DNA of 63,622 bases, the filler included, from Craspedostauros australis (Eukaryota): assembly GCA_030167865.1 (NCBI GenBank). It is 10 parts of 10 records of this genome, joined end to end, with 100 filler letters (N's around TTAATTAATTAA, not from the genome) between each part and the next. Parts side by side here need not be neighbours in the genome. Positions count along the whole stretch, not along the records: positions 1 to 12,299 come from JALAGF010006253.1; 9 more parts are not named here. One strand, given 5' to 3'. The position numbers were made by a program, and so were the translations under genes. Positions 1 through 10,697 of the stretch are shown here, in pieces. The notes beneath the pieces are model-generated. The model saw nothing but the letters and a program-made list of their open reading frames with translations. It had not been told where the DNA came from and made no database searches. How positions within the stretch are numbered: the first letter of the stretch is position 1; each line of letters opens with the position of its first letter.

Positions 1-1986
1 CTTCTATCAATGGTTGATTGCAACAGAGATGGGCTGGCAAACTTGGGTGGGCTGCTTGCTGATGCTTGATCCGAACAGAGCTGGACTGGCACTGAATGAA
101 GGATCTCTCCTGGCTGAGGCAAAGTGCCTTGCCATTGATGATTGATCCATGTGGCGAATAGTTGGCTTGATCCATGTTGAGCAGTTGCATTCGATGCTCC
201 TGTTGCTCGACCTGGAGGAAAGTGCTGTGCATCGTTGGCTCATGGAATCGGTGTGGTCAGATGGAGAAGTCTGCTGGGGTGGATTTGATGAGCTGTTGTA
301 GGAAGACCACACATCCCTGTTGACACTACCTCATAGATTGGTGGGGCTGTTGGGTGGACCACTCTCCAAGAAATCACAGTAGGTGGGCATTGGTGGCAGA
401 TGTGCTGTTCGAGATTTGCTGTCATTGTTCATTGGAGACATGAGAGACTCGTGGACGAATACAACGTATGGGCAACCGATGTCATACGCAAGTATGCTCT
501 CTGCTTGGAATTGTGGAGGATTGGAAGCAGGATGCAATTTGGGTGTTGCTGTTGCTTCCTTGTGGGGGCTGGAAGATCGAGGGTGCAGTGGTGGCTTGGG
601 TGTGTGTTTTGGAGATGGAACCATGGTAGTATGGGTGCGTTGATCGTGCGAGTACGATGATTTATGTGAGTGCGATGAAATTGTGAGCTCCATGATTGTT
701 TGAGTTTGCGGAAGGTGCGATGTTGCAAAGCCAAGACAAAATGAAGATGAACATCACAAGTGATGATGTTGCCACACCCATGCATGCTTGAAGGAAGGAG
801 GTGATGAAGACGTAAAGGACACGAGAGGAGATGAAAACCTTGGAAGAGGAAAGCAAGGAATCGCTGAAAGCGAAGTACAACAGCAGTTTCAGCAAGTGTG
901 ATGTGGAAAACGGATTTGACGTTGCCAGCCTCGCAGTTTGAGCCTTGCCAAACAGTTTCACTTCAGTCCCATGGTGCAGAATTAATTCAGGAGTACCTCA
1001 GGCTTGATTAGCAATAAGATGGCAGTAAGAAACATTAAACTTAAACATATTCATTGGAAAGCTGTGCTCAACAGCTTTCTAAAGATGTAAAGAAAGTGGT
1101 ATTGTTCACAGATGTTGTTGTCAAAAATGAAAAGAACTGAAACTGAAAACAAGAAACGATGTATTATATTGTCTAGGTCATGAACGGATAGTACGGCCTT
1201 GTCCTCACTTCAGGTCTATTCCCTGCCCACGTGTTTGGACCTCCTCTCTGCTAGTTGTTTTCCAACAGCCAGCATTGGCTTCTGTCTGTTGTTCATCTGT
1301 TCTCCTCTTGGCTTTTTGTTTCGGTGTCAATAAACCGGCACGCACTCGAATCACAACACAAGAAGCAACACGGAAAACAACACTTCTGCCACCAGTCTCT
1401 TTCTGCGCCATGCCAACAGCTCAGTAGATGGCCATGTTGTCTCATGTCCATGGGAAGCAAAGCAGGTTTTGCAGGACTTTGTTTTTACAAACAATGCTAT
1501 AACAAGTGTTAAATCAAATTCTATTTTTCAGACCAAAGGAGAAGTCACTGTGCTCCACTACACCATATTGTATTATAATATAGAATATTATGTTGTGTAG
1601 TATTCGCAAGTGTTGCTATTGTCGTGGACGTGGAAGTGGACGTGTAGGGATGCCACCACCATCGCCGTGCTCCATGACACAACACGAACAAAGGAGGCAA
1701 CCCCTCACCAAGCCAAATCCAAAACGACGCGAGGAATCAACGCGGCGCCGAATCTGCNNNNNNNNNNNNNNNNNNNNNNTTCGATACCATTGCAGTCTGA
1801 CATCGACCGTCAATGACGTCATCATTTTCGTCCACGACGAGGACAAGTCAGCCAGGTATTTGTGTCGTAAAAGCTAGCTAAATATATCTAAGCCTATGCG
1901 ACAAGACGCTACACCGTGTGCTAATAAAGTATTGTTATCCGATAAAAAATCGGCAGGATCGTACGATCGTACCCTGAATGGGGTCA
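1..1986. mobile_element. Right part of an unclassified TIR DNA transposon (family X, copy 1); left end lies outside the window
   Basis: About 1190-1986 is colinear and similar to 27640-27783 plus 33540-34272. It ends ACCCTGAATGGGGTCA followed by TA (1987-1988), the inverse of the TIR at 27121. Bases 1-1190 look like CpG-depleted, decayed internal sequence. Confidence 0.7.
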
Positions 1987-2091
1987 TACGTCGAAGGTCG
2001 TACCAGACCGATTGGACAGGCATTGTCATCGCCATAAAGTGGACCAACAGACCACACAGTTAGGATCGATTGAAAGCAAAAGTTGCCAACC

Positions 2092-3708
2092 ATGGGACGT
2101 CATTCACGAGGACCAACAGCTTTATTCAGACGAGGTGCAACAGCGTCCACCATCCTGCCTCTGCTATTGCTGCTCTCGGCTTTATTGAGTCTGAGTCGGA
2201 CTGCATGTGCTCGTACTGCAGAGTCACTTGCAGAGTCAGGAGGTGTGGCAGATGCAGAGGCGGTCTCTTCCATCGATGCACAGCCGCAAATGGGACAGCA
2301 GATAGATGGCAACACCAGCAGTGGCAATGACAACAGCAATGGCAACAGCAACAGTAGTGAAGAGTCGCAGACAAACAGAGCGCAGGCCGAAGTGGACGGC
2401 AAGCTGGCATCCAGCATCGAATCGGCCCTGGAGGACGATCACCTCCTTGGGAAGGTAACTGAATGGGCCATCGCCAACGAAGCCTACATCAACGACAAGG
2501 TGGAACTGCGACGCGCCGATCCCAACGACCCCACCTCCGTGCGCGGCATCTTCGTCAACGACGATGTGGAGGAGGGAGAGATTCTCTTCACGATTCCGTG
2601 GAGCATCATCGTGCATCCGGATCCTGAACACCATGAGCAGAACGATGCTTGTGAGACGATCCGTCTCATTTACGAGAACATGAAACCTGAGACGCCTCCG
2701 ACTCCGTACGGCACATACCTCAAACAGCAACCGCGCAACTACTTGCCTACGTTGTGGAGCGATGCGGGCCAGGATTTTTTGCGCGCCATGTTGGGACCGC
2801 AGCTGCCGCCCGTATTCGGGAAGCACATCAATGATTTATGGACCAACTGCGAAGAAATGGTGGAGGCTGTGGAAGAGGCGGACGACTTGTCCGGCGACAA
2901 CCGCGAACTGCTCATCCATGCCTGGCAGCTCGTCACATCGCGGGCCGATGATGAGCTCATGACGCCGTACTACGACATGATCAATCACAGCAACGATCCC
3001 AACCTCCTCAATACAGACCATGATGTGGACTACGGCGAATCATTCTCACTGGTCGCCAGCCAGCGCATTCCCAAACAACACGAAGCCTACAGCAGCTACA
3101 ATCAAGGCAGCAACTGCGGCAATCGCAAGGATTCCTACGGCACGCCCGAAATGTTCCAATCCTACGGATTCGTCGAGTACTATCCACAGCGGTACGTCCT
3201 GGAGAATGACGCATCGGAATACCGTGTCAAGTTCGATGTCGTGCAAGAGGGAGAGCATCTGCACGCTGTGTTCTTGGTGCCATTGTGTTCGGAAGCTATT
3301 CAGTTCCTGCAGCAGGAGTTGGAACGGTTGGCGCAGTTTGAGGCGGAACAGCAACGGCAGCGGGACGACACCATCCCTGTCATGGAACGGGAGACCACGT
3401 GGCAATTGCACAATGCCTACAAGACGGCATTCACGTTGGCATTAGAGGCGGCCAAGGAAGAGACCGTCACAGATGAAGTATGGAGCATGGGAGAGGACTG
3501 GTACATGGAGGATTGGGAATTATACTTGTATTCGGATGAAGATGACGGCGAAGATGATGAAGATGAAGATGAGGATGAGGACGAAGACGGTGGACAAGAC
3601 GAAGACGATGAAGAAGACGAAGACGATGAAGAAGACGAAGATGCAGACGAAGAAGACGAGGAGGATGACGAATACTACGAGTACGATGAGATTCGGGACG
3701 AACTGTAA
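2092..3708 (+). CDS. Secretory-pathway SET-domain protein lysine methyltransferase with acidic tail and C-terminal RDEL ER-retention signal
   Basis: Hydrophobic signal peptide (ILPLLLLLSALLSLS); SET motifs RGIF, YDMINHSN, YGTPEMFQSYGFVEYYP; long D/E tail; ends IRDEL. First ATG is at 2092. Confidence 0.85.
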   Translation: MGRHSRGPTALFRRGATASTILPLLLLLSALLSLSRTACARTAESLAESGGVADAEAVSSIDAQPQMGQQIDGNTSSGNDNSNGNSNSSEESQTNRAQAEVDGKLASSIESALEDDHLLGKVTEWAIANEAYINDKVELRRADPNDPTSVRGIFVNDDVEEGEILFTIPWSIIVHPDPEHHEQNDACETIRLIYENMKPETPPTPYGTYLKQQPRNYLPTLWSDAGQDFLRAMLGPQLPPVFGKHINDLWTNCEEMVEAVEEADDLSGDNRELLIHAWQLVTSRADDELMTPYYDMINHSNDPNLLNTDHDVDYGESFSLVASQRIPKQHEAYSSYNQGSNCGNRKDSYGTPEMFQSYGFVEYYPQRYVLENDASEYRVKFDVVQEGEHLHAVFLVPLCSEAIQFLQQELERLAQFEAEQQRQRDDTIPVMERETTWQLHNAYKTAFTLALEAAKEETVTDEVWSMGEDWYMEDWELYLYSDEDDGEDDEDEDEDEDEDGGQDEDDEEDEDDEEDEDADEEDEEDDEYYEYDEIRDEL

Positions 3709-3836
3709 CACATTCAAGAACATTCATTCGCAAGTACACTCAAAACGACAAACGAATCGAACACGAAGGGGCTATCGCATACGACTACAACTTTCGCTAA
3801 GTCTGTTGTTTCTTGTACGCCACAAGTACTTGGGTT

Positions 3837-5597
3837 TTAGCCTTCTTCCGTATCCCACCAGTCTTCATGATCCCACACGTATTCCGACAAGGTCGTTGTC
3901 TCCGCTTTCTCCAATGCAAGCTTAAATGCGTTGAGGTATGCCTCATGCAAGCTCCAAGCACCGTCCCATTCCCATTGCGGCATGTCATCCGGTTTGACCA
4001 ACGTGCCCTTGTGCTTTTCATTCTGTGATTTCAAGAACGCGTACTGGTACTCGAGGAATTCCAGACAGCTTGCACACAGCGGGGCATAGAATTTGGCCTC
4101 CAATTCGTTGGTGATTGGATTATGGTCGACGCCGAACTTGATTCGGTACTCATGGGTGAACTCATGGGCGAATGGACTCTCTTCCTGTTCGTCTTCATCT
4201 TCGCCACTGTCGTCGTCGTCATCATCAGCACCATCGTCCGAAATGACGCCTTCTATTTCGTCCTCCTCTTCCTCATCGTCGTCGTCATCATCATCGTCGT
4301 CGTCATCATCGTCATCTTGATCACTGCTTCCTTCCTGCTCATCGTCCGCACCATTATCAACCTCAGCGTCCGTGACATCTTTCTTCTCGTCCTTATCCAC
4401 CTCTGCAGATTCTTTATCTCCTTCATCATCGTCGTCGTCGTCGTCGTCATCATCATTCTCTTCTTGAGCAGCGGCAACAGCGGCTACTTGCTCCTCCACC
4501 CTCTTCAGCCTTTCTTTCCAATCGGAGAGCACGTAGAGCTGCGGATAATCCTCCACAAATCCGAACCAAAGGAACATGTTAGGGGTGCCAAAATCCTTGT
4601 CCCATCCATCGCACGTGTTGCATTTGTTGTACGATGAGAAGTACTGCCCGTTGGCCGGGACGTCTTGCGTGGACACCAACGAGAACGTGACGCCGTAGTC
4701 GATTTCGTGGCGCACGTTGTACCGGTCGCCGTTGGCATGGTTGATCATGCAGTAGAAGGGTGTCAGGATTTCGCCGTCGGCCCGTGACGTGGTGAGCATG
4801 AAAGCATGATCCCAGAGTTCCATGTCAAAGCGATCGCCTTCTTCGGCTTGCAACTTGTCGGCGATGTGCTCGCATTCGAGCTCGAAGCTGTTGTAATGCA
4901 GGGATTCGATCTCCCAGTACGGTGGCAGGTTGTGCCCGACGAGTGTCTTCAGCAGGGTCTTGCCGCCATCGGTCCACATGGGCGGGATGTAGTTGCGCGT
5001 CTGCTTCATCAGGTACTTGGCGTATGGTGACGGCGTTTCCGAATGCATGTCGCGATACAGCTGTTCGTACATTGTGCAGATGTCCTGCTCGAAGAAGTCT
5101 CTTTGTCGAATATGTGCAGACTTGGGCGAGTCCTCTGTGATTTCCTTGATGGCAGGAGGATGGTACATGAGATCCCAAGGAATCGTGAACAAGGTCTCGC
5201 CCTCCGCAACATCCTCGTTGGCAAAGATGCCACGCACGGAGCTCGGGTCGTTGACGTCCGCGCGGCGCAGCTGGACCTTTTCGTTGACGTATCCGCCATT
5301 GTTCTTGACCCAATTTGTGAGATCCTCCAGCAGATGATCATCTGTGAGATCCGATGCGATGGAGGAAGTCAGCAACACCGATTGCGGGGATTGTCCCTCG
5401 TCGCGGACACCCGCGGCAGCACATGCCTCATCAGCCGTGTTCGGGCATGAGCCGCTGATGGCTGCATCTGCATCTGTCTCTGCACTCAAGCCAACCACCG
5501 AGCCGCTCGACATCAGCGCGACAACAATGGCAGCTGCGACGGCTGCGCACTTGGCCGGACGGCATCGAAACGACGACGATGCTTGTCTCGTCTTCAT
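3837..5597 (-). CDS. Paralogous secretory SET-domain methyltransferase with an internal acidic insertion
   Basis: Shares LRRAD.NDP.SVRGIF, FYCMINHAN and YNKCNTC...FGTPNMFLWFGFVEDYPQ with the 2092 protein. Signal-like segment follows MKTRQ (ATG 5597); the ORF is open further upstream to 5774. Confidence 0.85.
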   Translation of the reverse strand: MKTRQASSSFRCRPAKCAAVAAAIVVALMSSGSVVGLSAETDADAAISGSCPNTADEACAAAGVRDEGQSPQSVLLTSSIASDLTDDHLLEDLTNWVKNNGGYVNEKVQLRRADVNDPSSVRGIFANEDVAEGETLFTIPWDLMYHPPAIKEITEDSPKSAHIRQRDFFEQDICTMYEQLYRDMHSETPSPYAKYLMKQTRNYIPPMWTDGGKTLLKTLVGHNLPPYWEIESLHYNSFELECEHIADKLQAEEGDRFDMELWDHAFMLTTSRADGEILTPFYCMINHANGDRYNVRHEIDYGVTFSLVSTQDVPANGQYFSSYNKCNTCDGWDKDFGTPNMFLWFGFVEDYPQLYVLSDWKERLKRVEEQVAAVAAAQEENDDDDDDDDDDEGDKESAEVDKDEKKDVTDAEVDNGADDEQEGSSDQDDDDDDDDDDDDDDEEEEDEIEGVISDDGADDDDDDSGEDEDEQEESPFAHEFTHEYRIKFGVDHNPITNELEAKFYAPLCASCLEFLEYQYAFLKSQNEKHKGTLVKPDDMPQWEWDGAWSLHEAYLNAFKLALEKAETTTLSEYVWDHEDWWDTEEG

Positions 5598-6383
5598 TGT
5601 TCTTCTTCGCTGTCTTCGTGCTTCTCTTCGTTTGGTGCTGTTGCTATGGATCTTGTGCTTCACGAGGTTGCTCTGCGTGTGATCACTTGCGAGCAGTGGT
5701 GCCAATGCCATGGTTGTCGCAGGTGTGAGAGTAGTTGCAGTTGGACATGTACTTTGATGGATGTCGGAATTCAATCACTCCTCACTCTCCTTCGCTGCTC
5801 CATTTCCTCCATCTCCTCACAGGCGAAGTTCGCCAATGCATCAAAGCGCAGAGTTCCCAACGGTCCTCTCGGTGGCATTTGTACACGCTCCAAGTGGACA
5901 AATTTGGGCGACACGCACACGATTTGTGGTTGTGACTGGCGTCGCGGGACACGGCCAAAAAAGCACTTTTGTGGCGAGTTGGCCGAGTCACGATTGCAAA
6001 CATTGCGACTCGTTTTTGTTTCGACTTCACGCGCTTTGGTCGAATTGGTCAATCGTCACAACACGCCTCCACTTTCATCTCGTGATTGGATGCTTCTCGT
6101 TCGTGGACAGCTTCGCTCCTCGAAGTTGCCACCAATCGTGGAGCAAATCAGACACAAATTGTGCGGACATTGGAGAAAATACAGAACGACGCAAAACGCA
6201 GACGCACTCTCCAGAGAGAGAGAGAGAGAGGAGCATGATGATGCCCTGCTGGACCAGAAGAAGACATGACCACAAGCGTTCCTGTAGCATCATTGAAGGA
6301 TACTCTGAACAACTCTCCGGCACAACGGATCAAGACCAACCTCACCCAAGCAAAGCAGCGGCCATCGACACCACGCAACGGCG

Positions 6384-8678
6384 ATGATGATGGCTTCATT
6401 TCCAACCCTCACGGTGCTTCGCTCATGCGATGCGAACGTTGCTGGATCGGGTCGAGATGGGACGGAAGCGGATCAGACGCATGATGAACAAGTTGGGGGA
6501 GATGTGGCAGATGCAGTGAATGAGGACACTGGCAAACCTTCCTCGTCGTGTCCCAAAACGAGCAGATCAAGCCAGAAGCAAGTGCTCATCGTCATCGCGC
6601 CTGGCAGTTGCGAGTTGGAGGTCATGACCTACTGGAAGCTGCTGCGCCACTTTGAAGATCTCGTGGTCGTTGTCGCCTCAGATGCCAATCAATGCGACGC
6701 GCAGGATGGTTCGTCGCAACCGATGGAGTACGATGACATTGCTGGTCTTGCATCGCATCACCAAGGTGACCATGGATCTACAAATGGTCATGAGAATGCA
6801 CCAGGACTCCAAGGACCGAACGCCACGGTCAGGATGGAATCTGGATCCAATCTGCGCATTGACATGACGCTGCAGCACGCGATCAACTATGATTGGGATT
6901 TGATCATCCTGCCGGGCGGATGTACGTATTCTATCGACTCTGCCGCGCTGCTCTTTGCTTCCACTATTTGCAATTTGGCGGAGCTCCCTGTTTACTCGGT
7001 GGAACATGTCACTTGAGGTTGGAACTGGTGCCTCCACACAACGATGTCCTTCCTATTCTTTGCGAAAATAACGGCCAGTGATGCAATATCAGCGTACTAC
7101 GTTCTCTACAGAGAGCACTTCAGAGCACTCTGCGGTACAACAATCATCAACTCGACCCCTCACCCTTACCCAAACCAGTCTTTCCCCATGGAACATTGCG
7201 CCACTCTTTGTAATGCAATGCCATGATGTGCAATGAAATGTGATGTTTCCTCGATCACATTGACCCTCAACAATACTGACAACGACGACCACGATAACGA
7301 TAACGATAACAAAGACGGTGGCTGCCAGCTGATGCATAGATCAGAAACGCTGAGTGATTTGCTGCGGCGTCAGGCTGCGCTCGGAAAGATGTACGCCGCG
7401 AGCGGCTTTGCTCCAATCTGCGTGCTGCAACCGCTTGGACTGCTCCCGCGGGTCTTCACGTGCTTTCCTAGCCGTGCGGTGCTCAAGAAGTTGCTACACC
7501 AATCTGCCAATGACAAGACGAAATCCACATTCCGAGATGACGATGTCGTGCTATACGATAACGTTGCCACGTGCCAAGGTTTGGGAACAGTCATGCGCTT
7601 TGCAATTGAGCTTGGACAGTGGGTGAAAAAGGCTCCGCTGCAGGCGGCCGACCTATCCCAACAGTTCCTCATCGACCGCACGGGCATGCGTGGCTATCCA
7701 CGTTCGTATTGCGTCAGCAAGTGCCGGGCGACCTGCGATGGCGTCCAACCGATCCTGGACAAGGCCAGGTGGACCGGTCGGGTCAGAATCAAGCGAGAGG
7801 AGGACAATGACACCACGATGACGGTGCCATCACGACCACGTTCGGCGATGACAACCCAAAAAGAATCTCTTAGAGATGCCGACGGCAATGCTGCCAGTGG
7901 TCTTGGTGGTACTGCTCGTGCTTGTACCGGCGCTGGTGGTAGGGGCCGCCGCTCGTCGAAAGCCAAAGCTGGTACAATTCGTGGCATACATAGGACCATC
8001 GAGACGACACATTCGAATTCAAAGAGTCGCGAAACAGTAGAAGAGCATGGATGCGCGGACGGCAACGAGAGTGCGAACGCACAGTCAGTGTCCGTGCCGC
8101 GACCCCACATCACAGAAGTGCAAATTGCAACCCTGAGAACGACCGCAGACATCACAGAGCGCTTCATCTACGACCGATCTCAAGCCGGCGATATCTCCAG
8201 CCATGCCGCCGATCCTTCCGTTCACAGCGTGGCAGTGGACGATCACAAGTGCCAAGAGGCGGCGTGGAGTCTAATGAACAGCCCGAAGATACGAGCTTCA
8301 CAGTTCCGGGTGCTCGAGGCACTCTTGTTGATGGGATGGACGAAGCACCAGCACAAGGTGACAGGACAATTCATGTTCTGCACACCGGACCGAGCTTTCT
8401 TTTTCCAAGACGTGCATTCATTGATGACATTCCTCTTTCAAAATGAAAAATGGAGGACGCATTTCCGCATTGCGGTAGAATTGGAAAACTACCGCGCGCT
8501 TCAATCGAAGGTAACTGCACGCCAGCAGGCGCAAAAGGAACGTCTCCAGAAAGCCAACGAACGGCTTCAGCAGAAACAAAAACAAGCCCAGGAGCAGCAA
8601 GATTTACAGGCACGAGAAACAAAGAGCTCGCCCAACCGAAAGAGCCCCAGAGCCCGCAAGAAGCAGAAGCTGCCATGA
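6384..8678 (+). CDS. DJ-1/PfpI-like protein with long C-terminal extension; two exons, intron 6922-7314
   Basis: VLIVIAPGSCELE and WDLIILPGG, then a GTACGT donor at 6922, TACTGAC branch-like site and AAAG acceptor at 7314 in the correct phase. Continues LLRRQAALGKMYAASGFAP and ATCQGLGTVMRFAIEL. Start codon uncertain. Confidence 0.7.
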
Positions 8679-8931
8679 GGCTGGCATTGTGTTCATCGCA
8701 GCTGGAGGATGGGCAGCTGCGATGGAAGACTCGCTCCAGTTCATCCTGCTGCCGACGATCTCCAACGTCAACTCAATGAAATACAGATTGACAGTAAATC
8801 AGTGTATTGCACTCGCGTTATGCTACTGTGCGGATGCGCACCCTGTACCAACACAATAATCGTGGCCAAGTTTCCCCTCCGTCGATTCCGCAGCGTTCCC
8901 CAACACCATTCCGTCGTCCAAGCCGCGTATT

Positions 8932-9052
8932 GCCTCTTTTCTTCGAGAAATTCGGTTCTCCATCTTTGAAGTCTCCGGACTTAGCGGTCTTTGGCTAAAT
9001 CTGTACAATAGATATCATTCCAGGATCCTCTCTCTGAGGCGGTCACGGCAAT
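8932..9052 (+). repeat. Dispersed ~120-bp repeat matching the left subterminal region of the piggyBac-like element
   Basis: Close match to 21217-21343 (TTCGAGAAATTCG..TCTCCATCTTTGAAGTCTC.GGACTTAGCGGTCTTTGGCT...GAGGCGGTCAC). Confidence 0.8.
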
Positions 9053-9252
9053 ACATTCATCAGTGTTGTGGAGATGCCCTACACAGTTGCTTCTGCCTGG
9101 AATATTCTATTGTAGTTATGATTGTATTATTTGTGTTGTGATTTCTACCTCTCAAGTTGAGATGCAGCAGTGGGCCGACCGATGACAAGTTGATTCCATC
9201 CAACGAATGGGCCAACCAACACTGTCCATAGCATTGATATGCCATGCATTGC

Positions 9253-10662
9253 CTACATCGAGATGTATGCGCTGTGGAAGTTGGTGGACAAGCCACGGAA
9301 CGGTGATGTTCCTGCTGGGCCCACGAAGTTGAACATGGGACTCCCATCGCTGGCACCGTTGCCGCTGGATGGGGACAATTCCTTCGACACACCGAATGTG
9401 AGGTTGCCGCCCGAGTCCGAGACCTGGGCTGGGGCGATGTTCTCGTCTCCCACAACCTCCTCCCCTTGGAAGAACTTCTCCAGCAAGGCAACCACTTTCA
9501 GGCGGACGTTGTCACTGCTGTGCACCCGCAGACCCTCCAGGAGGCCGATTCCATCATGTTCATCGATGATGGTTTCCCAGCAATGGTCGCCTCTGGTGCT
9601 CACCTCCATGAACTTCTCGAATGTATCCAGAAGGACCATCAGCACCTTCTCATCGTGGCTGGCGGCAGGCAGAGCCTCGCACAGCGGTTGGAAGGCATTG
9701 AGCTCGACGAGGCCAACGGCGTGGTAGTCGTTGCTACTGATGGCTGCGTTGCAGATCACGTACAATGCCTCCTTGCGGATCTTCCATGACGCATCGGATG
9801 CCAGCCCGATCACGGTACTCATCACTTCCCGCTCCCCGCGCAGCTTGTCGATCTGATCGTGCGTTCCAGCGGCGATGTTGGACAGCAACCAGCAGGTCTG
9901 CTGTTTGATGAATTCCTGTGTGATGTCGAATGGTGTGCGGCATGGTGCGTGTGTGATGATGTGACGAGCGGTGTGATTGTGAGTGTGACCATTTGTGTGA
10001 GTGTGAGCACGAGTAAATTGTGGTTGGTTTGAAGATCATTGACACAGCGACAGCCAAAACGACAACAAGGACGACACCAAAAGGCAAAGACGACAGGCAA
10101 TTCATTGCACTAATCCGCCCGCCGTCATATTGTCACCGTCAGGCAATCGTTGCCATTTCAGTTCAGCGAGAGCATTGTTGGACACTTACCTGTGGGCGTT
10201 CCAGCAGCATCTTGGCATGCTTCAGAACTCCCGCATTCAGCACCGTTTGCGTCTGCATGTCGTTGCCTGTGACGAAGTTACCCAAGCATTGGACAGTTGN
10301 NNNNNNNNNNNNNNNNNNNNNNNNNNNNNNNNNNNNNNNNNNNNNNNNNGAATGTATCCAGAAGGACCATCAGCACCTTCTCATCGTGGCTGGCGGCAGG
10401 CAGAGCCTCGCACAGCGGTTGGAAGGCATTGAGTTCGACGAGGCCAACGGCGTGGTAGTCGTTGCCAGTGGTGGCTGCGTTGCAGATCACGTACAATGCC
10501 TCCTTGCGGATCTCCCACGGCGCATCGGATGCCAGCTGGATCACGGTACTCATCACTCCCCGCTTCCCGAACAGATCGTCGATCTGATCGTGCGTTCCAG
10601 CGGCGATGTTGGACAGCAACCAGCAGGTCTCCTTTTTGATGGATCTCTGCGTGATGTCGAAT

Positions 10663-10697
<35 letters not shown>

